Virus record (IMG/VR): IMGVR_UViG_2595698871_000001
Location: 109,443 to 173,442 of that record
Strand: one strand, 5' to 3'
Origin: a virus
Lineage: Duplodnaviria; Heunggongvirae; Uroviricota; Caudoviricetes
Length of the DNA stretch: 64,000 bases
This document shows, in pieces, positions 1 to 8,183 of this stretch. Position numbers and translations under genes: made by a program. The notes below the pieces were generated by a model. That model was not told where the DNA came from, did not search any database, and saw only the letters and a program-made list of their open reading frames with translations. The stretch's first letter is position 1; each line of letters begins with the position of its first letter.

Positions 1-146
1 ACATCGCCGATCCCGTCAAGACCGCGACCGTGCCCGGCTTCGTCGAGCATGAGACCCACGTCGACGTCGGCGGCAACGTCTACGTGATGAACGAGGCCGG
101 CAAGACCATCGCCACCTGGACCCCGCCCTGCGGCGCGCCCAACTAG
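1..146 (+). CDS. 3' end of an unknown protein (partial, starts before the window)
   Basis: Frame-3 run with very high GC3 codons (...IADPVKTATVPGFVEHETHVDVGGNVYVMNEAGKTIATWTPPCGAPN*) ending at TAG 144-146; missing from the ORF track only because it is truncated. Confidence 0.45.
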   Translation, partial: IADPVKTATVPGFVEHETHVDVGGNVYVMNEAGKTIATWTPPCGAPN

Positions 147-382
147 GTCTTCTGCGCTTCCAGACCCGGATCGCCTTCCCAGGCGGCCGGGTCTTTCTGC
201 CAGCCCATCCGCTCCATGACCGCGTGGCAGTCGAGCGGCGCGCTGCCGTCCTTGGGCTCCTCGCCCAGGCAGAGGAACACGAACCGCTTGCCGGTGTTGG
301 CCTTGTAGCGGATGCGCAGGTTGCCGTCCTCCGAGACGATCTCGCACGACGTCATGTTCACGACTTCACCAGGGCGCATCAC
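143..382 (-). CDS. hypothetical protein (79 aa)
   Basis: ORF with good high-GC3 codon usage; GTG/ATG start at 382/379; shares a palindromic CTAG stop with the convergent plus-strand gene. Confidence 0.5.
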   Translation of the reverse strand: MMRPGEVVNMTSCEIVSEDGNLRIRYKANTGKRFVFLCLGEEPKDGSAPLDCHAVMERMGWQKDPAAWEGDPGLEAQKT

Positions 383-951
383 GCCGCCTCCTTAATTTCC
401 CGAGCGCGCTCGGTCCAGATCATCAGGTCGTAGTCGGCCGGGCTCATCCCGGCGGCGTCGGCAAGGCCCAGGAAGGCCTCTTCCAGGCGACGATAGACCT
501 TCGGGTTGCCCGGCGTCACCTTGGGCGCTTCCACCCCGTTCTGGGCCAGATGCGCGAGGATGTGGGTGTCCAGGGCCGACAGGCGCTGATCGGCGCGCGA
601 GTGCAGCAGGAAGAACCGGGCCGTCTTGGGGCCGACCCCGTGGATGGCCTCGAACTTCTCGACCGGATCGTGGCGCAGGTCCAGCCCCCAGGCGCTCTGG
701 GCAAAGCAGGCCTCCAGCCGGGCGTACTGCCCGATGCCGAACATCTCCATATAGGGCCGCAGCTTGTTCTCGAAGATCGCGCAGCGCAGCTTGCCGAACG
801 GCGTGGTCCCGACCATGGCGTGGAGCATCTGGTCGAGCTTGCGGGCCTGGATGTCGGCGGTCTTGCCCGCGACGATGCAGCAGAACAGCCACCACTCTTC
901 CAGTTCCGCGTCGGTGCGGTCGAACTTGGTCACGTCACGCGGGTCGATCAT
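379..951 (-). CDS. HhH-GPD family DNA glycosylase (endonuclease III-like)
   Basis: Helix-hairpin-helix motif IHGVGPKTARFFLL followed by ALDTHILAHL (EndoIII-like GVG.KTA ... DTHv.R pattern); start taken at the internal Met (MIDPRDV), since the upstream part of the ORF is R/P/A-rich shadow. Confidence 0.55.
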   Translation of the reverse strand: MIDPRDVTKFDRTDAELEEWWLFCCIVAGKTADIQARKLDQMLHAMVGTTPFGKLRCAIFENKLRPYMEMFGIGQYARLEACFAQSAWGLDLRHDPVEKFEAIHGVGPKTARFFLLHSRADQRLSALDTHILAHLAQNGVEAPKVTPGNPKVYRRLEEAFLGLADAAGMSPADYDLMIWTERAREIKEAA

Positions 952-955
952 TGGC

Positions 956-1411
956 TCACTTCTTGTACTTCTTGGCGTGCTGGCGGCCCTTCCAGGAGGC
1001 CTTGTAGCCACCGAGCTTGGTGAAGCCCGAACAGCAGGGCGATCCACAGGAGCAGCGGTCGTAAGCGTCCTCGACCAGCCCGCGCTTGTAGAGGGTGTGC
1101 ATGTGCGAGCCCTTGAACGGCTCGGGCGGGCGGCGCACCTGCTCGTCGGCGACCATCTCGATCAAGAGCCACTTGGGGCCGTCGATCTCGCACGCGCGGC
1201 AGGTGTGTTCGTCCTCGGCGGCGAACATCGCCTCGGTCTCGGCCTGCGAGCGCACCATGGCGGCGAACTCGTCGTCCGTGTACGCGCCAGTGATGTAGCG
1301 CTCGACGGTGACCGCCCTCTTCAGCGTCCGCCCGCAGGTCTTGCAGGCGCAGGTGTAGCCCACCGTGGCGCTGAAGAGGTCGACGTTGTCGGAGACAGCG
1401 TAGCCGGCCAT
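956..1411 (-). CDS. Cys-rich hypothetical protein (possible Zn-binding)
   Basis: Start at the internal Met (MAGYAV); several CxxC pairs (CACKTCG, CRACE, CSCGSPCC); the stop abuts the next gene. Confidence 0.5.
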   Translation of the reverse strand: MAGYAVSDNVDLFSATVGYTCACKTCGRTLKRAVTVERYITGAYTDDEFAAMVRSQAETEAMFAAEDEHTCRACEIDGPKWLLIEMVADEQVRRPPEPFKGSHMHTLYKRGLVEDAYDRCSCGSPCCSGFTKLGGYKASWKGRQHAKKYKK

Positions 1412-1413
1412 GA

Positions 1414-1863
1414 CTAGAGGTGCGGCGCCAGTTCGCGTTCCAGGCGGTCGAGTTCGCCGCGCTTGTGGAGTTCGGAGACGCGGTGCAGGGCGATGATCTT
1501 CTGCTCGATGTAGGTCATGGTCGCCGGCGCCCGCGTGGGCAGTTCCGACAGGCCCGTGCCGATCCCGTCGGACGGGTAGACCACGATGCCGCCCTTCTTG
1601 ACGTGCTCGAACAGCGGGCGGAAATCTTCGTCGATCGTCCGGCACTGGGCGTCGGTGGCGATCGGATCATCACCGAAGAAGTCGGTGGCGTGCATGCCCG
1701 GCGTGCGCTTGGTCGCCACACCGATGGCGTTGGGCTCGCCGCGCATGTGGCCGGCCTGCCCGCCCATCCCCTGGCGGATCATGTTGTCGCCGAAGACGTA
1801 GAGGACGTCGGGATTGCGGCGCAGGTCCTCGCGGAAAATGCGGTGCTGGTAGATGACGGGCAT
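1414..1863 (-). CDS. conserved hypothetical protein (FGDN..GxGGQA..RGEPNAxGVxTK motif)
   Basis: 149-aa ORF with good codon usage; motif suggests a Rossmann-like fold but the family is not recognised. Confidence 0.5.
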   Translation of the reverse strand: MPVIYQHRIFREDLRRNPDVLYVFGDNMIRQGMGGQAGHMRGEPNAIGVATKRTPGMHATDFFGDDPIATDAQCRTIDEDFRPLFEHVKKGGIVVYPSDGIGTGLSELPTRAPATMTYIEQKIIALHRVSELHKRGELDRLERELAPHL

Positions 1864-1888
1864 GGGGCGATCCTTCTGAAGTGGGAGA

Positions 1889-1908
1889 GGGGCCGGCGAA
1901 CCGGCCCC
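1889..1908. other. perfect 8-bp GC hairpin (GGGGCCGG cgaa CCGGCCCC) between rIIB and the downstream gene; no U-tract
   Basis: Inverted repeat read directly from the sequence; possible RNA-stability or processing element. Confidence 0.3.
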
Positions 1909-1923
1909 TCGGGGTGGGAGCGA

Positions 1924-3546
1924 TTACTTGTTGGCGAACGCCGCGACGTAGGCCTTGGCGTAGGCTTCCTTGTAGAGCGGGCCGACGTCGTCGTTGTTCT
2001 CGTCTTCGAGGTCGGTGAAGTTCGAGTAGTGCTCGCCCTTCTCGGCGTCGAGGTCGAACGTCTCGGCGTACTCGCCCTCCAGGCGCCCGTCGCGGTCGCC
2101 CGCCAGCTTGGCCCAGGCCGCGTAGTGGTGGACGAGGACCTCCTCGAACGCTTCCTCATAGAGGTACGAGTAGGTGCCCACGCCCTTGTCGGCGCTGGCG
2201 CTGTTGTCGAGCGCCGATTCAGCCACCACGTCCAGGCGCTCGCCTTCGGGGCCTTCGCCCTCGACGAGGTCGACCAGGGCCTGGAGGCGCACGCCTTCGT
2301 CGGTCTGGCTCATCGCCTGGGCGATCAGCTTCTCGGCGTCCTCGCGGCCCCAGGACTTGGCCATGGTCGTGGCCAGATCGTGGTCGACGGCGGCAAAGCC
2401 GTTGGCGTCGTAGGCGGGGGTCTCGTCGGTCGAGGCGGTCTCTTCGACCTTCTCGTCCGAGGCGTCGTCAGTGGCGGCGGCCGAGAAGCCGACGCCATAG
2501 CCCTTGACATAGCCCTCCGAGTACGCCTGCCGGGCCGAGTCGGGGCCGTCGGTGAGTTCGCCCGGCAGATCGAAAGACGCGTCGTACTCGTAGCCGTTGT
2601 CCTGGTCGGCCGCACCCGCCTTCAGGCCAGCGTCGTGGCCGATCTTGGCCCAGTCGGTCGCCTCGGCTTCGACCACCGCTTCGGGGGCCTCGGTGGTGAT
2701 CACGCCGTCGGCGGCCGTGGCGTCGGTCTCGATCTCGGGATCGACCTGGGCCTGGGCGTCAGCCTGGGCGGCCTTCTCCTCGGCGTAGCGGCGCTCGACG
2801 GCGGCGGTGAAGTAGTTGACCGCGTCGGCCTCGGGGATTTCGCCCAGGACCTTCATCTCGCAGCAGCGCAGCTTGGTGAGGTTGTAGTCGGTCGGGATCG
2901 CCGTGACGTCCTTGGGGTTGATCTCGACGATGATGATCTTGCCCCGGCCGCCGTGGAACGAGCGCAGGTAGTCGAACGAGCAGGCGTGCAGGCCGCGCGA
3001 ACAGGTCTGGTTGCGGTTCGGGTCACAGAGGTCGCGATCCATCGAGACCGTGCTGCCGATCTTGTACTCGACGGTGTGTGAGTGCAGGTCGAAGTAGTCC
3101 TCGCCCACGCGCTTGAAGGCATGGAACATGCCGTCCGGCGTCAGCGGGTTGCGACCCTTCTCCAGGAAGGCGTAGAGATCGGCGGCGATCGACTTGTCGG
3201 GGTTCTGGTCGACATTGGCGATGAAGTTGGTCAGCGGCTCCATGTCGAAGCCTTCCGCCAGCACGCGCTTGAAGGTGCCGGCCGCCACGTAGTCGACGAC
3301 CTTGCCGTCCAGGCGCAGGCGGTCGCGATCGTCCAGGATGACGCGGCCGAACGAGTGGGCCGCCACATAGGCCGCCACGTCGGCGATCAGCCGGATTTCG
3401 TCGATGTCCTGCGGGACCTTCTTGACGGCCTCTTCCAGCTTCTTGCCCTGCGACGAGCCGCGAGGGAAGGAGCGGTAGCGCCCGTCCAGGGTGATCGAGA
3501 TCGCGTCGACGGTGATCGTCACGGCGACCTTCGCTTGGGTAGTCAT
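1924..3546 (-). CDS. rIIB: rIIB-like protein with a long acidic C-terminal extension
   Basis: Core matches T4 rIIB from memory (NQTCSRGLHACSFDYLRSF...IPTDYNLTKLRCCEMKV vs T4 TQTCSRGLHVCSKSYIRHF...IPIDYNDAKMRTCQYEV); lies immediately downstream of the rIIA-like gene as in T4; the roughly 250-aa D/E/A-rich tail is absent from T4. Confidence 0.8.
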   Translation of the reverse strand: MTTQAKVAVTITVDAISITLDGRYRSFPRGSSQGKKLEEAVKKVPQDIDEIRLIADVAAYVAAHSFGRVILDDRDRLRLDGKVVDYVAAGTFKRVLAEGFDMEPLTNFIANVDQNPDKSIAADLYAFLEKGRNPLTPDGMFHAFKRVGEDYFDLHSHTVEYKIGSTVSMDRDLCDPNRNQTCSRGLHACSFDYLRSFHGGRGKIIIVEINPKDVTAIPTDYNLTKLRCCEMKVLGEIPEADAVNYFTAAVERRYAEEKAAQADAQAQVDPEIETDATAADGVITTEAPEAVVEAEATDWAKIGHDAGLKAGAADQDNGYEYDASFDLPGELTDGPDSARQAYSEGYVKGYGVGFSAAATDDASDEKVEETASTDETPAYDANGFAAVDHDLATTMAKSWGREDAEKLIAQAMSQTDEGVRLQALVDLVEGEGPEGERLDVVAESALDNSASADKGVGTYSYLYEEAFEEVLVHHYAAWAKLAGDRDGRLEGEYAETFDLDAEKGEHYSNFTDLEDENNDDVGPLYKEAYAKAYVAAFANK

Positions 3547-3567
3547 GGGAGACTCCTTGCTCGCGGC

Positions 3568-5691
3568 CTAGTAGCTGCCGAACTTCAGGGTGAGAGGGAT
3601 GGTGCGAATCAGCGCTTCCAGGGCCTTGGTGCAGGCGGTGACCTGCTCGGTCGAGGTCGCGTGGTTCGTGTTGTCGAGGAACTTGCGGATCGGGTGGTTG
3701 GACGTGGCGTTCAGCTTGGTATGACCCTCCTCGAACGTCTTGGTCAGTTCCGAGCGCGGCGGCGCCTTGAACTGCCCGTCCACCTCGTAGAGCGCCTTGA
3801 TGAAGGAGCGCTCGCGCTCGGTCCACTCGACGAGGCCGGCGGCCAGCAGCGGCTTGACCGCGCCGAAGTAGGCCGCGACCGACGACTTCATCCGCGTCAG
3901 GCGGTCGAAATCGGCCGGGCACTTCTCGATCGCCCGGTTGTAGAAGCCGTAGGCCGTCGACGAGGTCGACAGCTTCTGCACCGCCACCACGCAGTCATCC
4001 AGGCTGACCTTGTGCTTGGCCTGGATCGCCGCGTCGATCGCCTCGCGCATGGTCGGGACCTTGGCGTCCTCGACGTGCTTCTGGGCGGTGGGCGAGGCGA
4101 TGTAGATGTGCTTGATGCCGTACTTGTTGGCGACGACGAAGACGTCCTCGGCCTTCTTGCGGTACTGGTCCGACGACACCCAGGCCACGGTCCCGGCAGG
4201 GAAGGTCTCCACGCCGGTCACCGCCATCTGCTCGCCCGCGCGCTTGGCCAGGGCCAGACCCCGGATCGGCGGCACATAGGCGGGCGCGTCCTTGCTGACC
4301 TTGTCGCGGCGCGGGACCTCGCCCTTGAGCGTGGCCACGTCGATGTCCTCGAACTTGGCGGTCGGCAGGGCGCAGTTCCAGAAGGCCTTGTCCCGGTCGT
4401 AGCCGAGCATGAAGACCCCGTCCTTCAGGTTCTTGCTCTCCAGGTAGAGGCGCAGGATGCGCGCAAGGCGGCGCGTCTCGCTCTGGGAGAACTCGCGCTT
4501 GGTCGAGTCGTCGCGCGACGGGTCGAGCAGGTCGGAGATGTCGCGCAGGACCAGGAAGTGGGTTTCGGCCTTCTGGCTCAGGTCGAGCGTGTTCTCGATC
4601 CGGTAGCCCCAGCGCTCGCGGTGCTGGTCGAACGAGGCCTTGTAGAGGCAGGCCACGCCAGGGAAGGAGATCGTCGTGCTTTCCAGGCCCGTGGCCGGGT
4701 GCTTGGGCTTGCTGCTGATGAACGGCGGGCGCAGCTTGTTGTGGGTCGCGAAGAACTCGGTGACCGACTGGATGTCCTTGATCTTGACCCAGATCGCCGC
4801 CTCGACGTCTTGGCTGATCGTGCCGATGATGTCTTGCAGGGCCTTGACCGCTTCGGGCTTGTACTGGATTTCTTCCCGCGACGGGATGGGCTCGACCGTG
4901 CCCATCGGCACCGTGATCAGCCACTTGCGGCCGTTGTCGTGGGGCAGGCTCAGACCGCCCTTGGCGGCCAGCGGGTAGATGGCGCAGCCCTGGCGCACGT
5001 TCCACGTCGCCGGCAGGGCCGAGTTCTCGTAGGCGGCCCAGGTGCCGTCGGCGGCTTCGTACTGCGGCATGCCCAGCGGCTGGCCCAGGTCGATGTTGCT
5101 GTCGTACATGGGGATGAAGCCCATGGCGACGTTCTTGACGGCGCGCTCGAAGGAGGCGAAGTCGGTGGGGTTGACCGCGACGGTGACGCGCACGCCGGCC
5201 GGCTCGGAGCAGTCCTCGGTGCCCTGGAGCATGACGCGCGGCACGCCGCCCTTGCCGATCGCGGCGGTGTAGTGGCGCACGACGTCGCCGTCGTAGCAGG
5301 ACAGGGCGAATTGGGAGGTGTAGGCGAACGGGCTCTTGGAGCCCAGGCCGAAGGCGCCGGTGAGATCGTCGGTCTCGTCCTTGTCCGACTCGAACAGGGT
5401 CGAGTAGAGGTGCATGACCTTGGCGTGGTCCATGCCGGGGCCGTAGTCGCGCACGTAGAATTCGGGGCGCATTTCGCTGGGGACGTGGACGAAGAAGCTG
5501 CCGGGGTAGCCGGCGACGATATGGGCGTCCTGGGCGTTCGAGCAGATTTCCCGCACCAGCGAGCCGATCTTGTCCGAGTAGAGCCCGTCGATCAGCATCC
5601 GGAACGCTTTGCCAGACGCCTTGATCTTGAACTCTTGCTCCTCCTGAACGCCGATGGTTTCGAGGAAGACCGGTTCGGTTGCAAGCCGCAT
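3568..5691 (-). CDS. rIIA: rIIA-like protein (N-terminal GHKL/HATPase_c ATPase fold)
   Basis: GHKL boxes LVREICSNAQDA (N box), VRDYGPGMD (G1) and GAFGLGSKS (G2); about 700 aa; directly upstream of rIIB; start taken at ATG 5691 (tggag RBS); the ORF-track start at 5697 is a TTG. Confidence 0.8.
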   Translation of the reverse strand: MRLATEPVFLETIGVQEEQEFKIKASGKAFRMLIDGLYSDKIGSLVREICSNAQDAHIVAGYPGSFFVHVPSEMRPEFYVRDYGPGMDHAKVMHLYSTLFESDKDETDDLTGAFGLGSKSPFAYTSQFALSCYDGDVVRHYTAAIGKGGVPRVMLQGTEDCSEPAGVRVTVAVNPTDFASFERAVKNVAMGFIPMYDSNIDLGQPLGMPQYEAADGTWAAYENSALPATWNVRQGCAIYPLAAKGGLSLPHDNGRKWLITVPMGTVEPIPSREEIQYKPEAVKALQDIIGTISQDVEAAIWVKIKDIQSVTEFFATHNKLRPPFISSKPKHPATGLESTTISFPGVACLYKASFDQHRERWGYRIENTLDLSQKAETHFLVLRDISDLLDPSRDDSTKREFSQSETRRLARILRLYLESKNLKDGVFMLGYDRDKAFWNCALPTAKFEDIDVATLKGEVPRRDKVSKDAPAYVPPIRGLALAKRAGEQMAVTGVETFPAGTVAWVSSDQYRKKAEDVFVVANKYGIKHIYIASPTAQKHVEDAKVPTMREAIDAAIQAKHKVSLDDCVVAVQKLSTSSTAYGFYNRAIEKCPADFDRLTRMKSSVAAYFGAVKPLLAAGLVEWTERERSFIKALYEVDGQFKAPPRSELTKTFEEGHTKLNATSNHPIRKFLDNTNHATSTEQVTACTKALEALIRTIPLTLKFGSY

Positions 5692-5699
5692 TATCAACT

Positions 5700-5775
5700 C
5701 CAGAGGAGAGTGGTTAGGTGGATGTCGACGATCCTTCTATCCAGGGCATCCGGTTCTGTCAACACACTCGCTCCG
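5700..5775 (-). promoter_or_regulatory. consensus promoter/leader element driving rIIA-rIIB
   Basis: Reverse complement reads gagcgaGTGTGTTGACAGaaccggatgccctggaTAGAAGGatcgtcgac...ggag..ATG; TTGACA, 17 nt, TAGAAG. Confidence 0.55.
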
Positions 5776-5998
5776 GCTTTTTGGTCGTGAATCTTGACGT
5801 TCTCGCACGGGTCAGGCACAATTTTCTCATGTGGTCAATCCGCAACATCACGACCGAAGCCTCCCACTCGATTCGCACCTGCACCGCCAAGGACTACCCG
5901 TGGCCTGAGCGGGGGTCGGAGGGCTGCATTTGTCGCGACCCTGGCGCGCGCCGTGACCGGGATTTCATGCTGCTGATCGACCGCCATGGCGAGATTCA

Positions 5999-6424
5999 AT
6001 GGTACGCGAGGACGACATGCCCGATCCACGGCCCGAAGATCACGACGGTGGACGTCGAAACAAAATCCACGACCTGATCGTCGGCGACCCGCGCGAGGAC
6101 CCGCGCTACAATCGCAAGCTCAGCAACCGCGACAAGACCGCCTTCCTCTGCGGCGTCCTGCGCCACCCGGCCCAGGCGTTCGACCTGGACCTGCCGTTCC
6201 CGGTCGAGGACTGGGTCGCCTCGGACGACAACTCCCTGATCGTCGCGGGCCTCTACCTGTCGGACCTGCGGCTCCAGTTCTATGACGCCCTGGAGGTCAA
6301 GCCCGACGACGAGCACGGCTTCGTGCGCCAGGGCGAGGCCGAGTTCTGGCACCACGCCTTCAACGTCATGGTCGAGCGCCGCAGCCACGGCGTGCTGGTC
6401 TCCGACGGGCGCGTGCTCAATTGA
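5999..6424 (+). CDS. hypothetical protein (141 aa; alternative start at 6017)
   Basis: Strong high-GC3 codon usage; first gene of the plus-strand block after the divergent region; start ambiguous. Confidence 0.5.
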   Translation: MVREDDMPDPRPEDHDGGRRNKIHDLIVGDPREDPRYNRKLSNRDKTAFLCGVLRHPAQAFDLDLPFPVEDWVASDDNSLIVAGLYLSDLRLQFYDALEVKPDDEHGFVRQGEAEFWHHAFNVMVERRSHGVLVSDGRVLN

Positions 6425-6792
6425 CCCTGCTCTATGACGGCGCCCTGGAAGGCAACTGCGTCGGCCGCTTCGTGCGCGCCGGCCAGACCTTCGACGTCAT
6501 CCGCCCCGGCTACGACGCCCAAGGGGTCAAGCGCCAGACCTGGACCCAGATCATCCACGACGGCGTGCCGGTCTTCGAGGTCAAGGTCCGCACCGACCTC
6601 GACAACGTGATCGACCGCTTCGACGCGCTCTGGGAACGCCACATCGGCGATGACGACGACCTGCTGGCCCGCGCCCTGACCTCGGTCAAGCGCGAGCGGG
6701 CCTCCAAGTTCCGCGATGGCAAGGCCGGCGTCGCGCCCGCCCCGACCCTGGCCCATGACGAGCATCCCTACCCGCCGCATTATGTCGCATAA
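6421..6792 (+). CDS. hypothetical protein (123 aa)
   Basis: TTG start overlapping the upstream TGA (TTGA); good codon usage. Confidence 0.5.
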   Translation: MTLLYDGALEGNCVGRFVRAGQTFDVIRPGYDAQGVKRQTWTQIIHDGVPVFEVKVRTDLDNVIDRFDALWERHIGDDDDLLARALTSVKRERASKFRDGKAGVAPAPTLAHDEHPYPPHYVA

Positions 6793-6793
6793 T

Positions 6794-6866
6794 GTTGGCG
6801 TGAGACTGTTGACATCTCTGATTTTGTGACATAGAAGCCTCCTCGACGACAACGAAGGAGGCTTTC
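6794..6866 (+). promoter_or_regulatory. full-consensus promoter/leader element (GTTGGCGTGAGACTGTTGACAT-N17-TAGAAG-CTCGACGACAACGAAGGAGG)
   Basis: TTGACA at 6809-6814, TAGAAG at 6832-6837, CGACGACAACG at 6844-6854, GGAGG RBS, ATG at 6867. Confidence 0.6.
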
Positions 6867-7493
6867 ATGCCCAAGCGGATCAAAGGCAAGCGTATCGCCC
6901 TGCACCAAGCCAAGGTGCTGGACGCCCAAGAGTTCCAGATGGTTCTCGACCGCGCCGAGCAGGGTGACAACCCGCTGCGTGACCGCGTGCTCTTCAAGCT
7001 CTCCTTCTACTGCGGCATGCGTGTCGCCGAGATCGCCGGCCTGGAGTGGCGCAAGCACCTCCTGGACGCCAGCGGCCGGCTGCGCCCCGCCATCCACATC
7101 ACCCACGACATCGGCAAGAACGCCGTCGCCCGCCACGTCCCGATCGAGGCGTCGCTGGCGGCTGACCTGCGCGCCCTGCGCAAGGAACGCGGCGGCGATC
7201 GCTTCGTTGTCTACCCGCTGCGCGCCTCGATGCGCGGTGGTCCCGAGAAGACCGACGCCAACACCCTGGCTCAATACATGCGCCGCATGTACCGCGAGAT
7301 CGGGCTGGACGGCGCCTCGTCGCACTCGGGCCGCCGCACCTTCATCACCGATCTGGCGCGCAAGGCGAACATGTTCGACTGCTCGCTCCGGGACATCCAG
7401 GAGATGGTCGGGCACCGGCGGATCGAAACGACCGGGACCTATATCGAGACGAGCCCCCGCCAGGACCGGCTCGTCAACATGGTCCTGCGATAG
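6867..7493 (+). CDS. tyrosine recombinase (phage-integrase family), catalytic domain only
   Basis: Box [25 protein letters not shown]; [14 protein letters not shown] (H..R); box [22 protein letters not shown] (catalytic Tyr); only 208 aa, no N-terminal core-binding/SAM-like domain. Confidence 0.75.
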   Translation: MPKRIKGKRIALHQAKVLDAQEFQMVLDRAEQGDNPLRDRVLFKLSFYCGMRVAEIAGLEWRKHLLDASGRLRPAIHITHDIGKNAVARHVPIEASLAADLRALRKERGGDRFVVYPLRASMRGGPEKTDANTLAQYMRRMYREIGLDGASSHSGRRTFITDLARKANMFDCSLRDIQEMVGHRRIETTGTYIETSPRQDRLVNMVLR

Positions 7494-7502
7494 GGGGCGG
7501 CG

Positions 7503-7913
7503 ATGACCTTCATCTGCACCGAACTGGACAACGCCACCCCCGTCGACCTGGACGCGGCCGAGGCCCTCCTCGCCACGACCCCGCGCAAGCGCGCCAACTT
7601 CGCCAAGGCCAAGGGTGTCTGCCGCGAGTGCGGCGCGCCCAAGCACGAGCGCCGCCTGGGCGCGGACTTCTGCTCGGCCCGCTGCCGCTCGGACTTCCAC
7701 AACCGGGCCAAGATGGAAGGCGCCTCGATCGTCCACATCATCAAGCGCTGGCGCCGTTACCGCCGCCCCGGCGATTTCGCCCTGATGACCAAGATGGCTG
7801 ATGACCTGATCCGCATGGACAAGGCCCTGAAGCGCGACTTCTACCCCGATCCGCCGGCCACCGCCCACGCCAAGGTCGTCGCCACCAATATCGCCGGCCG
7901 CCGCCGCGCCTGA
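7503..7913 (+). CDS. hypothetical protein with a Cys4 zinc-ribbon (CRECG...CSARC)
   Basis: ORF with good codon usage; C-x2-C-x13-C-x3-C motif; basic C-terminus. Confidence 0.5.
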   Translation: MTFICTELDNATPVDLDAAEALLATTPRKRANFAKAKGVCRECGAPKHERRLGADFCSARCRSDFHNRAKMEGASIVHIIKRWRRYRRPGDFALMTKMADDLIRMDKALKRDFYPDPPATAHAKVVATNIAGRRRA

Positions 7914-7928
7914 AGTAAGGAGTACAGC

Positions 7929-8183
7929 TTGAACCAACCCACCGAGAAGCCCGTGTTCGCCACCGAGAGCGGCGGTTACCTTTTCCAGGTCTACGCCGCA
8001 CCGGCTGACCACGGCCGCGCCTACCTGGGCTTCTGCGACGGCGTCCTGAGCGTCAGCGGCGACACCGTCGATGTCACCCTGCGCGCCCTGGCCCGCAAGC
8101 ACGCCGAGCCCAAGCGCACGGCCCAGGTCATCGACTTCACCGCCGAAAAGCTCAAGCGCCTGGGCGCGGTGGTCGCGGCCTGA
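7929..8183 (+). CDS. hypothetical protein (84 aa)
   Basis: TTG start 8 nt after an AAGGAG RBS. Confidence 0.45.
   Translation: MNQPTEKPVFATESGGYLFQVYAAPADHGRAYLGFCDGVLSVSGDTVDVTLRALARKHAEPKRTAQVIDFTAEKLKRLGAVVAA

Noticed and set aside
392-1417. ORF-track entries 392..895(-), 516..704(-), 550..1023(+), 764..1417(+), 948..1193(-)
   Set aside because: Arg/Pro/Ala/Gly-rich translations typical of off-frame or antisense reading of high-GC coding DNA; they overlap the better-supported genes 379..951 and 956..1411.
1414-1863. DUF4326 assignment for the FGDN...GxGGQA protein
   Set aside because: On reflection the DUF4326 signature (YIGR..GNPF ... CxCxP..CH) is carried by 49006..49323 and not by this protein; left as unknown.
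1420-5790. Long plus-strand ORFs 1420..3081 and 3082..5790 and other internal ORFs antisense to rIIB/rIIA
   Set aside because: Low-complexity G/R/V/A-rich shadow frames opposite genes with clear rIIA/rIIB homology; not coding.
5718-6077. Plus-strand ORF 5718..6077 (or a shorter version 5829..6077 with CxxC/CPxH)
   Set aside because: The 5' half has poor codon usage and covers the divergent promoter region, and the 3' end overlaps the strongly coding 5999..6424 gene by 78 nt. Not annotated; a small Zn-ribbon gene here cannot be excluded.
6867-7493. Integrase as evidence that the window is an integrated prophage or island boundary
   Set aside because: There is no att-like direct repeat, tRNA, repressor/excisionase pair or host-type genes on either side. 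Codon usage and the promoter motif are uniform across the window, so it is treated as a phage-internal recombinase.
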